Of a DNA stretch of 64,000 nucleotides, positions 8,619-17,902 are shown one piece after another (the stretch's first letter is position 1; every line of letters starts with the position of its first letter). The notes beneath the pieces were generated by a model. The model searched no databases. It saw nothing but the letters and a program-made list of their open reading frames with translations, and was not told the origin of the DNA. The translations under genes and the position numbers were made by a program. The DNA comes from an uncultured Elusimicrobia bacterium (GTDB taxonomy: Bacteria; Elusimicrobiota; Elusimicrobia; Elusimicrobiales; UBA9959). The stretch lies in NCBI GenBank assembly GCA_903889965.1, contig CAISZM010000040.1, forward strand, positions 38,439 through 102,438, given 5' to 3'.

Positions 8619-9747
8619 CAAAAATATCCGCGGAAAAAAACATGACACTGGACTTCGCGCGCGACGTGTGGTGCTTGTTAGGACTTCCCTTGGACAATTG
8701 CTCGCTGGAAGAGACCTGTGCCATTATCGAAGGACGCATAAAGGAGCGGCAGCAGTGCGCGGTGGCATCCCCTAATCTTAACTGGCTAAGGGAATCCGTG
8801 CGGAACAGGGATTTCAAAGAGGCCACGATATCCAGCGACCTCAGCATCGTAGACGGTTTCCCTTTATTATTGACCGCCCGCCTGCTGGGCATAGGGATAA
8901 AAGAGAAGGTCCCGGGGTCCAGCCTGATGGATACCATGATGAGGGGGATTAAAAAAAGCGATTACAGCGTATTCTTTTTCGGGGGAAAGAGCGGTTCGGC
9001 CGGCCTGGCCGCAGCCGTACTGGGGAATAAAACGGGAGGGCTGAGAGCTGCGGGACATTTTTACCCGGGCTTCGGCTCCATAGAAGACATGAGCGGACCC
9101 GACATACTGCGGCGTATAAATGAAACAAGACCGGATATTCTGCTTCTAGCTATCAGTATGCGCAACGGCATGCTCTGGATCGATAAAAACAAGGATAAAG
9201 TTGACGCCGTCATACTGGCTCCGTTCGGCGCCGCGCTGAATTTCATGGCAGGCCTGCTTAAACGCGCACCCGGGTGGATGCAGAAATGCGGGCTTGAATG
9301 GCTCTGGAGGATCAAAGAGGAGCCGCTATTATGGTCAAGATACCTGCAGGACGGGCTCGTGTTCCTGCGCCTGTTCGCGACCAGGGTCTTGCCTTACGCC
9401 GTATTTCTGCGGTTGCACAGGAAATACGAATATTGCAGGGCGGAACCCGGTCTGCTCGTAGAAGAAAAAGCGGCAGCGTTGTCCATAAAGATCACGGGGG
9501 TCTGCAATAATTTGAACTGCGGCAATATAAGAAGCGCTTCGCCGAATGCGCGCTGGCGAATAAAGACATATCGCTGGACTTATCGGGAACCGAATACGCC
9601 GACAGCTCTTTTCTGGCCTTACTGCTCCTGCTGTTCAAGCATCAGCGGAAATCCGGCAGGGCCCTGCTTATACAGAAACCGGGCAGAAGGATGCGAAGGA
9701 TATTCAAATTTAATATTTTGGAAGATGTACTGACGTTCGCCGGTTGA
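8615..9747 (+). pseudogene. WecB/TagA/CpsF-family glycosyltransferase fused to a C-terminal STAS domain, interrupted by a 1-nt frameshift at the T-run 9511-9513
   Basis: The track ORF 8615-9733 has a WecG/TagA body ('VDGFPLLLTARLLG', 'FFFGG') and then degenerates into Cys/Arg/Trp-rich nonsense. The -1 frame from 9511 reads FELRQYKKRFAECALANKDISLDLSGTEYADSSFLALLLLLFKHQRKSGRALLIQKPGRRMRRIFKFNILEDVLTFAG* (stop 9745-9747), a clear STAS pattern. Adding one T after AATAAT restores ...ITGVCNNFELRQ... Confidence 0.75.
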
Positions 9748-9761
9748 AGACGGATATTTAT

Positions 9762-10619
9762 ATGGCGGCTATTTCGATCATAATGCGCTCCCGCAACAAC
9801 GCACCGGTGATAGGCGAAACGTTGCGCATGGTCTATTCCCAGACCGTTAAAGATTTTGAGCTTATAAACGTGGACAACGCGTCCACGGACGGAACTGCCG
9901 CGATAATCGGGCAGTATAATAAAGGCGGCAGGGTCATGTCGGTGGAAAACGGGAAATATATCCCGGGGGCGGTGCTGAACATGGCCGTATCCGAAGCTAA
10001 AGGCGAAATAATCGTTCTTTTGAACTCGGATGCCACGCCTGCGGATGAAAATTGGCTTAAGAATCTCGTAGCCGGCCTGGGGGAAGGGCGGGGGGCGGAC
10101 GCCGTCTATGGCCGGCAGATAGCGCGCGAGGATTCAAACCCGCTCATGCGCAGGGATTACGAAAGGGCCTATCCCGCCGCCGGCAGGCCCGAAACGGCCA
10201 GCGATACGATGTTCTCGTTCGCGTCAGCCGCTTTCCGCAGGAAACTATGGGAGAAGATCCGGTTTTACGAAAACGGCCTCTCGGAAGACATCGAGTGGTG
10301 CCGCCGTGTCCAAGCCGCCGGGTACGAGTGCGCCTATGTTCCCGAGGCCGCCGTTTACCATTCGCACCGGTACACACTGAAAGGATTAATGATCAGGACG
10401 TACCAGGAGCACTTTCCTATGGGGATGATCTACAGCGGCCGGATGAATTTCCTCATACTTTTTAAACGGGCTTTTGCGGCCTGCCTGCGCGACCTTATTT
10501 TCGCCGTACGCAGCAGGGACCTGCCGGTGTTTTTCTATTCGCCTTTTTACCGGGCCGCCATATTCTTCGGCTCTTACCTGGGGATCCTGAAAGGCGGCAG
10601 GCTTTATGACAGACGCTAA
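9762..10619 (+). CDS. family 2 glycosyltransferase
   Basis: 'ISIIMRSRNNAPVIGETLRMVYSQTVKDFELINVDNASTDGTAAII' is a GT2 N-terminal signature. I prefer the ATG at 9762 over the track's TTG at 9744. Confidence 0.85.
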   Translation: MAAISIIMRSRNNAPVIGETLRMVYSQTVKDFELINVDNASTDGTAAIIGQYNKGGRVMSVENGKYIPGAVLNMAVSEAKGEIIVLLNSDATPADENWLKNLVAGLGEGRGADAVYGRQIAREDSNPLMRRDYERAYPAAGRPETASDTMFSFASAAFRRKLWEKIRFYENGLSEDIEWCRRVQAAGYECAYVPEAAVYHSHRYTLKGLMIRTYQEHFPMGMIYSGRMNFLILFKRAFAACLRDLIFAVRSRDLPVFFYSPFYRAAIFFGSYLGILKGGRLYDRR

Positions 10620-11757
10620 GATCATATTGCACGTCAACATCTACGGCTGCCGTCGCGGCGGCTGCGAGAATTACATCCGGGAAATTGCCTTAAAAATGAC
10701 CGGGTACAGGCATTACCTGCTGTACGCGATCGACGGGGACAGCGCATACCTGGACGCTTTTTCCGGCAGCTACGGAATTTTGCAGGGGGAAGACGGGGTT
10801 ATAGCCGATGTGCTAAAAGCGCTTTCACCCGATCATATTTTCATCTACAATACAGGGGCAAAAAGCATGCGGGTGTTCCTGGACCTGCGAAACAGGCTGG
10901 GCTTCTCCGTCATGAAAAGCTTTCATGACTACGGGATGATCTACATGGGGACCGGTTACAACAGGCTGACGCTTAAAAGGGCGAAAGACCCCATAGGCTG
11001 GCGCTCGCTTTCAGGATGCTTCAAGCGCGACGCCTTCACCAGGAGGTTCCATTTTGACGATCCCTGGCGCAAGAGGCGCCTGCTCGCCGAAGTGAACGAT
11101 GTTGACGCTATAGAGGTTCACACCGAGGACATGGAGAATACCCTCGTACGGAACGGCATCGACGCGGGGAAGATCTTCTGGAACCCTCCGTGGGCGGCTG
11201 AGCCCGCGTTGAACAGCGCCAGCCCCGATCCGGCTGCCGTTCTTTTTGTCGGCAACCTGATAAGAGGTAAAGGCCTTTACCTCCTTTTAAAGGCGCTCAG
11301 GAAGGTGAAGTTCAAATACACGCTTAAGGTCGCAGGAGACGGCTACGAGCGCGAAAGCCTGCAGAGATATTCCCGAAAACACGGCCTCAACGTCCTGTTC
11401 CTGGGCAGCCTGCCCGCCGAAAGACTGACGGACCTGTATCTCTCCAGCGCATTCGTGGTGCTTCCCTCTATCTTGGAGCCCTTCGGGTTCGTGATCCTTG
11501 AAGCTTTCAGCTGCAAGAGACCGGTAATAGCGTTTCAGGCCGGAGGACCGGCCGAGATACTGGCCGACGGGGTCAACGGCTGCCTTATCGAGCCGTTCGA
11601 TACCGGGGCAATGGCGTCAAAGATAGAAGAACTGATAAAATCCCCTGAGACCGCGGCACGCCTGGGGCAGGCCGGTTATGACACCTACCGCGCGAAGTAT
11701 ACGTTCGAACATCATCTGCAAAGATTGCGCGAAAAACTCGCCGAACTGGAGAAATAA
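10606..11757 (+). CDS. family 4 (GT-B) glycosyltransferase
   Basis: 383 aa. The C-terminal half has 'GNLIRGKGLYLLLKAL' and the EX7E-type block 'LPSILEPFGFVILEAFSCKRPVIA'. It overlaps the upstream gene by 14 nt. Confidence 0.85.
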   Translation: MTDAKIILHVNIYGCRRGGCENYIREIALKMTGYRHYLLYAIDGDSAYLDAFSGSYGILQGEDGVIADVLKALSPDHIFIYNTGAKSMRVFLDLRNRLGFSVMKSFHDYGMIYMGTGYNRLTLKRAKDPIGWRSLSGCFKRDAFTRRFHFDDPWRKRRLLAEVNDVDAIEVHTEDMENTLVRNGIDAGKIFWNPPWAAEPALNSASPDPAAVLFVGNLIRGKGLYLLLKALRKVKFKYTLKVAGDGYERESLQRYSRKHGLNVLFLGSLPAERLTDLYLSSAFVVLPSILEPFGFVILEAFSCKRPVIAFQAGGPAEILADGVNGCLIEPFDTGAMASKIEELIKSPETAARLGQAGYDTYRAKYTFEHHLQRLREKLAELEK

Positions 11758-12900
11758 GTGGGAAAATACACTGTCCTGGACGATAGCGCCCTGGACGCGA
11801 AGATCGACTATGAGATAGGGCTTTGCCGGGACAGGATACTGAGCCTGTTCGGAAAAGGCGTTTATTCGATCGCCCTGATCGGCGGATATGGACGCGGGGA
11901 GGGGGGGATACGGGAATTTAACGGCGCCCTGCTCCCGGCGAACAATTACGATCTTCTTATAGTTTTAAAGAAGATATGTTCTTTCGAGCGCAAAGGTATT
12001 AATAAAACTTTGCGGGTATTGAAAACCGAGCTGGATAAACGGATATCGACGGTTTTTGAGGCTTCCTGCAGAAGCGCGGCCGAACTTAAACGGGTTCCGC
12101 GCATAATGCTGTATCAGGACGTGTACAATTCGAGCAAGACCGTCTACGGCGAAGAGATACGCGGGCTTTTGCCCGCCGATATCGCCGCGCCGCTCCCGCA
12201 GATAGAAGCGCTCAGGGTTATCCGGAACAGAAGCGTCCTTTTACTGCTGGGGCCCGACGGGATATTGCCGGAGGGCTACGACGCCACTCCGCAGCAGATG
12301 AGGACGTGGTATTCCAAGGCGGTCATAGGGTTCGGTGACGCCGTACTGATACTAAAGAAAAGCTATCGCACCGGTTATTCCGATAAGATGGACGCCATAC
12401 AGCGGCTGCCCCTGGAAGGGATTTTCAAAGTTAGCGAAGACGCCGATAGATTCAAGGTTCTACACAAGGCGGCTTCCCGCTACCGGCTCAAAGGCGAAGC
12501 TTCGGCGCTCCTCGACGCAAGGGATAAAGACGCCGGCCTGTTCGAGCAGATCAATCTGTGGGCCCTGCGCGAGTATCTTGAAGACCCGGGCTTTGAATGG
12601 AACCGCATTTTTGATACGCCGCTCCATTCCGGGGGATCCGCGGGAAAAAGGATCAGGAACGCGCTTGCGAACCTGAATGACGGCGGCCTGGCCCGGTTCT
12701 TAGGAAGGGCTTTTTCCGGCCCGGAAAATATTTTCATTCACCCCGCGGAAAAGCTTTTCAAGGTTCTGCCGCTCCTTATTTACAGACCCGCGGAAGACGC
12801 CGTCAGCGGCTGTGCATCGGAGCTTGCCCTCCCGAGCGCCGCCGGGGAGCCGGAAGTGAGGCGGGAATGCTTCAGGATATTCAACAAGTATGTCGCCTGA
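11758..12900 (+). CDS. hypothetical protein, possible (degenerate) nucleotidyltransferase fold
   Basis: 380 aa with a GTG start abutting the previous stop. 'IALIGGYGRGEGG...NNYDLLIVL' resembles the G[SG]xGRGE + acidic-strand motif of Pol-beta-type nucleotidyltransferases. I recognise nothing in the remainder. Confidence 0.55.
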   Translation: MGKYTVLDDSALDAKIDYEIGLCRDRILSLFGKGVYSIALIGGYGRGEGGIREFNGALLPANNYDLLIVLKKICSFERKGINKTLRVLKTELDKRISTVFEASCRSAAELKRVPRIMLYQDVYNSSKTVYGEEIRGLLPADIAAPLPQIEALRVIRNRSVLLLLGPDGILPEGYDATPQQMRTWYSKAVIGFGDAVLILKKSYRTGYSDKMDAIQRLPLEGIFKVSEDADRFKVLHKAASRYRLKGEASALLDARDKDAGLFEQINLWALREYLEDPGFEWNRIFDTPLHSGGSAGKRIRNALANLNDGGLARFLGRAFSGPENIFIHPAEKLFKVLPLLIYRPAEDAVSGCASELALPSAAGEPEVRRECFRIFNKYVA

Positions 12901-14083
12901 ACGGGACCTATCCATGACCGACGATAAACTGGAACTCTATATTTTCATAGACGCCTTCGGGTGGGAGCTCTTAAAGAGGAACCAATGGTTCCTGGAAGGC
13001 CTCATAACCGACAGGAAGCCGCTCGAGACCGTCTTTGGATATTCCTCCGCGTGCGTCCCCTCCATAATAACCGGGGAATATCCGGCGGCGCATGGCTACT
13101 GGTCTTCCTTCTACTATTCCCCGCGCACCTCGCCTTTTCGGACCGCCGCGCCATGGCTGAAGCTTTTACCCGGCCCGCTGGCGGAGAGAGGAAGAATACG
13201 GCGGTACATCAGCGCGGCGCTTAAAAAGATATGCGGTTTCTCCGGCTATTTCAACTTATACAACGTCCCCTTCGAATACCTGCCGTACTTTGATTATCAG
13301 GAGAAGGAAGACATCTTCGCGATTGACAGCCTCGGCGGACGCCAGACCGTATTCGGGGCCTTGCGGGAACAAAAGGCGCCGCTCTTTATCGAGACGCGGC
13401 ATAGCGACGCCGGAAAGATAGAAAGCTTCATTAAAGCCGTTCGGCACGGGCGTCCCGGGTTCGCGTACCTGCACATGGGCGAACTTGACGCCTTGCTTCA
13501 CGCGAACGGAAAAACCAGCGGCATAGTGACTAAAAAGCTGCGCGAATATGACAATTTGATCCGCACAGCTTACCGGGAAGCCGGCAGCCGCTACAAGGCG
13601 GTGGAACTGACGGTATTTTCCGACCACGGCATGAAGGACATCGAGGCGCCGCATGACCTCGTCTCGGAGGTAGAGGCGCTGGGCCTGGGTTACGGCAAAG
13701 ACTACATAGCGTTTTACGACGCCACCATGGCGCGCTTCTGGTTTTTGAACGATCCCGCGAGAAACCGGATAGGTTCGATGCTGGACCGGGTTAAAACGGG
13801 CTCCGTCCTTTCGGACGCGGAGCTGAAATCCATGGGCGCTTATTTTCCAGATCACAAGTACGGCGAACTGATCTTCCTGATGAAACCCGGCATACTGATA
13901 AATCCCAGTTTTATGGGGAGGAAACCGGTATTCGGCATGCACGGCTATCACCCGTCCGATCCGGATTCATGCGCCATGATAATTAAAAACGGGCCAATAC
14001 CGGCCCATGTTAATAAAATAACGGACGTTTTAAAGGGACGCGGAATTAAAGCGGACAGCCGCTGCTGCGCTATGAAGGCATGA
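12890..14083 (+). CDS. alkaline-phosphatase-superfamily protein (nucleotide pyrophosphatase/phosphodiesterase-like)
   Basis: 397 aa. 'YIFIDAFGWE...GYSSACVPSIITGEYPAAHGYW' and 'FSDHGM', 'GMHGYHP' match the metal-ligand blocks of type I phosphodiesterase/AlkP-family enzymes. The start could be the ATG at 12914. Confidence 0.75.
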   Translation: MSPERDLSMTDDKLELYIFIDAFGWELLKRNQWFLEGLITDRKPLETVFGYSSACVPSIITGEYPAAHGYWSSFYYSPRTSPFRTAAPWLKLLPGPLAERGRIRRYISAALKKICGFSGYFNLYNVPFEYLPYFDYQEKEDIFAIDSLGGRQTVFGALREQKAPLFIETRHSDAGKIESFIKAVRHGRPGFAYLHMGELDALLHANGKTSGIVTKKLREYDNLIRTAYREAGSRYKAVELTVFSDHGMKDIEAPHDLVSEVEALGLGYGKDYIAFYDATMARFWFLNDPARNRIGSMLDRVKTGSVLSDAELKSMGAYFPDHKYGELIFLMKPGILINPSFMGRKPVFGMHGYHPSDPDSCAMIIKNGPIPAHVNKITDVLKGRGIKADSRCCAMKA

Positions 14084-14096
14084 TACCCGAACAATT

Positions 14097-15416
14097 ATGA
14101 ATGACATGTTAACGGATTACGGGGTCCCCATATTTCTGGCCGCGGCGCTTGGCGTCCCGTGCATCGCGATGGTCGCTGTCAGAAGCCGGCGCTTCACAAA
14201 GGCGCTGATGTTCGCGGTGTCCTTCCTCTTCATCTTCAGCAATTACATAGACATAAACTTCATGTCGATGAAAACCTACCGCGGCACGGTGAGAGGCTTT
14301 GAAGTCACTTTCATCGACTTCCTGGTGGGCGTCCTGTTCCTTGCGGTCTGCATGAATTCGAGCATAAAGAAAAAACTGAAGATACCCGGTTTCTGGTACA
14401 TTGCTTTTTATGCGACCTGTATGCTGCTTTCGATCTTAATCCCGCAAGGCGCTTCAGAGATGTTCGGAGCTTTCGGGGTCCTGCAATACCTGAGATTTCT
14501 GCTGCTCTACTGGACATTCTACCACCTGATCCAGGACGAGGAGGATTACCGCCTCATGCTATGGGGAATATGCTGCGGGGCCCTGGTGTGCGCGGCGATA
14601 GCGCTGAATCAGAAATATGTACTGCACCAGTACAGGATCTCGGGCTTTACGGACCATCCGAACCTCCTGTCAGCCTATAGCAACATGGTCGCCATTTTCC
14701 TGACCTATGTATTCCTTTCGAACGTCCAGAGAAAGGGGGCATTAAAGTATTTGATTTTAACGGCCATGGCGGCCGGTTTTGGCATAACGCTGCTGACGAT
14801 ATCGAGAGGCGGGATCACGGCGCTGGGCATCGGCATAGCGATGGTATTGTTGGTCCAGGGCGGGCTGCTCAGAAGAAGAGTTCCAAGAAGGAACATAGCC
14901 GGTGCGCTGTTCCTGATCTCAATGGTGATCGCGATGTGGCTGCCGGTCAGCAACAGTGTGGTAAACCGGTTCATTACCCCGCAGCCTGGAGGCGACAAGA
15001 TCAGGGCCGAACTGAAGGAGGCTGCGGTGGATATAGCCAACAAGCGCATCCTGGGCTGCGGTTACAATGGTTTCTCGCTCGCCGCCGAGGAATACCGCAC
15101 GGACTTCCCTCCCGCCCACAGCGTATATTATCTCACCATGGCGGAGCTCGGCTATATCGGTTTATTCGCTTTTCTCATGGTCTGGGCCAGGTTTATATTT
15201 CTGGGGATACGGCAGCGTTTTGCCAGGCACAGGCCTCTTACAAGCATATGCATTACAGGCCTGACGCTCGCGTGTATAACGCTCCTGTGCCATTCCTGGA
15301 TGGAAGACCACCCGAGAAGGACCCTTATAATGTATCAAACCGCTATCTACTGGGCTTACATGGCAAAAGGCGTCATGCTGCTGAGGAAAGATGCCGGCAT
15401 GGAAGGGACGCTGTAA
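14097..15416 (+). CDS. O-antigen ligase / Wzy-like polymerase family membrane protein
   Basis: 439 aa with about 10+ hydrophobic segments. The block 'LLTISRGGITALGIGIAMVLL' is typical of the O-antigen-ligase (Wzy_C) family. Confidence 0.8.
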   Translation: MNDMLTDYGVPIFLAAALGVPCIAMVAVRSRRFTKALMFAVSFLFIFSNYIDINFMSMKTYRGTVRGFEVTFIDFLVGVLFLAVCMNSSIKKKLKIPGFWYIAFYATCMLLSILIPQGASEMFGAFGVLQYLRFLLLYWTFYHLIQDEEDYRLMLWGICCGALVCAAIALNQKYVLHQYRISGFTDHPNLLSAYSNMVAIFLTYVFLSNVQRKGALKYLILTAMAAGFGITLLTISRGGITALGIGIAMVLLVQGGLLRRRVPRRNIAGALFLISMVIAMWLPVSNSVVNRFITPQPGGDKIRAELKEAAVDIANKRILGCGYNGFSLAAEEYRTDFPPAHSVYYLTMAELGYIGLFAFLMVWARFIFLGIRQRFARHRPLTSICITGLTLACITLLCHSWMEDHPRRTLIMYQTAIYWAYMAKGVMLLRKDAGMEGTL

Positions 15417-16642
15417 TGGGGCCGCGCATTATTTTCGTCCCGCGGCGTTTCGTCTGGGAACGATGGGGAGGCACGGAAACCGTCATCCTTGAAACCGCGA
15501 AGAAGCTCATCGCCCTGGGATATGGAGCGGAGGTGTGGACCTCGCGAATATTTTCCGGGATACCCGCGGAAGAACGCGGCGGGGTACCTGTCAGGAGATT
15601 TGCGTACTTTTACACCTATTTCGGTTTATCCCGGGAGAACAGGGATCTGCTCGACGGCCGCGGCGGGAACATTATATCGTTCGGGCTGTTTTTTTCCCTG
15701 CTCTTTTCCCGCGGCGTAAAACTGATCCATTTATGCACCATGGGAAGGTTGGGGGGGATGGTGCGCACGGCCGCCAGAATACGCAATATTCCCTACGTTG
15801 TCACGATCCATGGCGGCAGCCTTAACGTCCCGCCCGAAGAACTGGCGGAACTTATGAGGCCCTCCGAAGGCAGATTCGACTGGGGCAGATTTCTGGGACT
15901 CATCTTCGGCGCCAGAAGGGTGCTGCAGGATGCAGCCGCCATCGTCTGCGTGAACAGGACGGAAGCAGAACTGCTCCGCGCCAGATTTCCGGGTAAAAAA
16001 GTCGTCTGGATGCCCAACGGCGTGGATATTAACAGGTTCGAAAGCGGGGACGGTAACGCCTTCAGGAAGAAATACGGCATAGCGGAGGAAAGGATCGTTC
16101 TTTGCGCCGCCAGGATCGACCCGCAAAAGAACCAGGCGCTGCTGCTTGATGCCTTCGCTGACCTGATAAAAGAAGGGATGCCCCTTAAACTGGTCCTGGC
16201 CGGCGATGCGACTAACGAGGCGTATTACGCGGGACTCATGGCGACAATAAGAGCCGACAAGGCTCTCAATGAGCGCGTTCTCGTCCTTACGCAGATAAAA
16301 TTCGGCGACAAAGACCTTGTTGACGCGTACGCGGCCGCGGACGTGTTCGTCCTGCCGTCGAGACACGAGCCTTTCGGCGTGGTCATACTGGAGGCCTGGT
16401 CGGCGGGGAAACCCGTTATAGCTTCGGACGTGGCCGGGGTCCGCGATATCGCGGAGGACCGCAAACAGCTTTTATTCTTTAAAAGCGGCTCGCCTGCCGC
16501 CCTTAAGGAAGCCCTGCTCGAGGTTCTTGGAAACGGGGAACTGGCGGGGTCTCTCTCCGCGCTCGGCCGCGGCAAGGCCCGGGAGTACGGCTGGGATTCA
16601 GTTACCCAGAAACTGGTCGCTCTTTACGAGGGACTGGCATGA
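15416..16642 (+). CDS. family 4 (GT-B) glycosyltransferase
   Basis: The real start is taken as the TAATG overlap at 15416 ('MGPRIIFVPRRF...'). The track ORF 14936-16642 carries a spurious 5' extension across the Wzy gene. 'VLPSRHEPFGVVILEAWSAGKPVIASDVAG' is the EX7E block. Confidence 0.85.
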   Translation: MGPRIIFVPRRFVWERWGGTETVILETAKKLIALGYGAEVWTSRIFSGIPAEERGGVPVRRFAYFYTYFGLSRENRDLLDGRGGNIISFGLFFSLLFSRGVKLIHLCTMGRLGGMVRTAARIRNIPYVVTIHGGSLNVPPEELAELMRPSEGRFDWGRFLGLIFGARRVLQDAAAIVCVNRTEAELLRARFPGKKVVWMPNGVDINRFESGDGNAFRKKYGIAEERIVLCAARIDPQKNQALLLDAFADLIKEGMPLKLVLAGDATNEAYYAGLMATIRADKALNERVLVLTQIKFGDKDLVDAYAAADVFVLPSRHEPFGVVILEAWSAGKPVIASDVAGVRDIAEDRKQLLFFKSGSPAALKEALLEVLGNGELAGSLSALGRGKAREYGWDSVTQKLVALYEGLA

Positions 16643-17781
16643 GAATAGGCATTGTGGCATTTCCTCACGATAAGGGCCATTCGGGCGCATGGGAATATAT
16701 CAGCAACATTGTCACAAGCCTGGAAAAGGCGGATACGGAGAACCATTACTTCGTATTCACGCCGCATGATTTCAAATTTTCGAATCCCAACTTTACGCAG
16801 ATACTGCTCCGGGGCGCCTGGATAAATAACCAGGCCCTGAATATACTTTGGCATCAGCTGTATCTGCCCTATGCGGTCATGAAATTCAAGATAGACGTAT
16901 TGCACCACCTGGGCGGCAACAGAAGGGGGCTGCTATGGAAGCCGTGCAAGGTCGTATTGACCATAAATGATCTCTGGCAATTCCACATCAGCGGGAAGTA
17001 CGGCCGCCTCAGGTTCTTTGGCATAATATCGCTGCTCCCCGCATATCTGCGGAATGTCTCCCGAATAATAGCGATAAGCGAAGCCACGAAGAAGGATATC
17101 GTGAAATTTCTTTCATTTCCCGCCTCGTTAATACATATTATCCCGGTAGGCGTGGAGGATATTTTTGAAAAAGCCGGGGCCGAACCCGGGAATACACAGG
17201 GCGCGCTTGAAAGGTACGGACTCAGCGGAAAGTATATTTTTTGCGTTTCGCGGCTGGAGCATCCGGCGAAAAACCACGTTGCGCTCATTGAAGCCTTCGA
17301 GGCGCTGCGAAGAAAGACACCGATCCCGTACAAGCTGGTCCTTGCGGGGCCTGATTGGAACGGGGCGGAAGTGATAAAAGAACGCGCAAGGAAGTCCGGC
17401 TTCGCCGCCGATATAGTATTTACGGGACATATCCCGAGGGAGGATCTGCCGTATTTATATAAGGGAGCGGATCTTTTTGTTTTCCCGTCGCTATTCGAGG
17501 GCTTTGGCATACCGGTCGTTGAGGCAATGGCCAGCGGGACCCCCGTTATCTGTTCCAACACGTCCTCCTTGCCGGAAGTTTTGGGCGGCTGCGGGCTTAT
17601 GTTCGACCCCGGAAATCCCGCCGAAATAGCCTCATGCATGAACGAGATGCTGACACAGCCAGAACTGAGAAGTTTTTTTGTGGCCAAAGGGCTTGAAAGG
17701 GCCAAGTGCTTCGGCTGGGAACAGATAGCGGTACGAACGGTGGAAATTTACAGGAGCGTGGGAAGGGGAGAAACAGCCTGA
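16639..17781 (+). CDS. family 4 (GT-B) glycosyltransferase
   Basis: 380 aa with an ATGA overlap with the upstream gene. It carries 'VFPSLFEGFGIPVVEAMASGTPVICSNTSSLPEVLG'. Confidence 0.87.
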   Translation: MRIGIVAFPHDKGHSGAWEYISNIVTSLEKADTENHYFVFTPHDFKFSNPNFTQILLRGAWINNQALNILWHQLYLPYAVMKFKIDVLHHLGGNRRGLLWKPCKVVLTINDLWQFHISGKYGRLRFFGIISLLPAYLRNVSRIIAISEATKKDIVKFLSFPASLIHIIPVGVEDIFEKAGAEPGNTQGALERYGLSGKYIFCVSRLEHPAKNHVALIEAFEALRRKTPIPYKLVLAGPDWNGAEVIKERARKSGFAADIVFTGHIPREDLPYLYKGADLFVFPSLFEGFGIPVVEAMASGTPVICSNTSSLPEVLGGCGLMFDPGNPAEIASCMNEMLTQPELRSFFVAKGLERAKCFGWEQIAVRTVEIYRSVGRGETA

Positions 17782-17902
17782 CATCGGCGGCCCCGGGTAT
17801 AAAAGCGGGCCGACGCCCCGGACCAGCAGCGATTTTCCGCGGAAACGGCGGCATCGGTGATCTCTCTATTTTTATCGGCCGGTTTAATAAGGAATACTGA
17901 TC

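Noticed and set aside
9744-9761. The TTG start at 9744 for the GT2 gene, as in the ORF track.
   Set aside because: It overlaps the restored STAS-frame stop (9745-9747). The ATG at 9762 gives the canonical GT2 N-terminus (MAAISIIMRSRNN). The TTG is kept only as an alternative.
14936-15415. The 5' extension of track ORF 14936-16642 overlapping the Wzy-like gene. Similar extensions occur at 24000-24302 (aspartate kinase), 42794-42919 (Mo subunit), 44157-44246 ([2Fe-2S] subunit), 61328-61513 (PorV-like), 35118-35171 (rimP) and 22312-22338 (greA).
   Set aside because: The extended N-termini are compositionally aberrant and overlap well-supported upstream genes. Internal Met codons with SD-like sequences give proteins starting at the canonical family N-termini.
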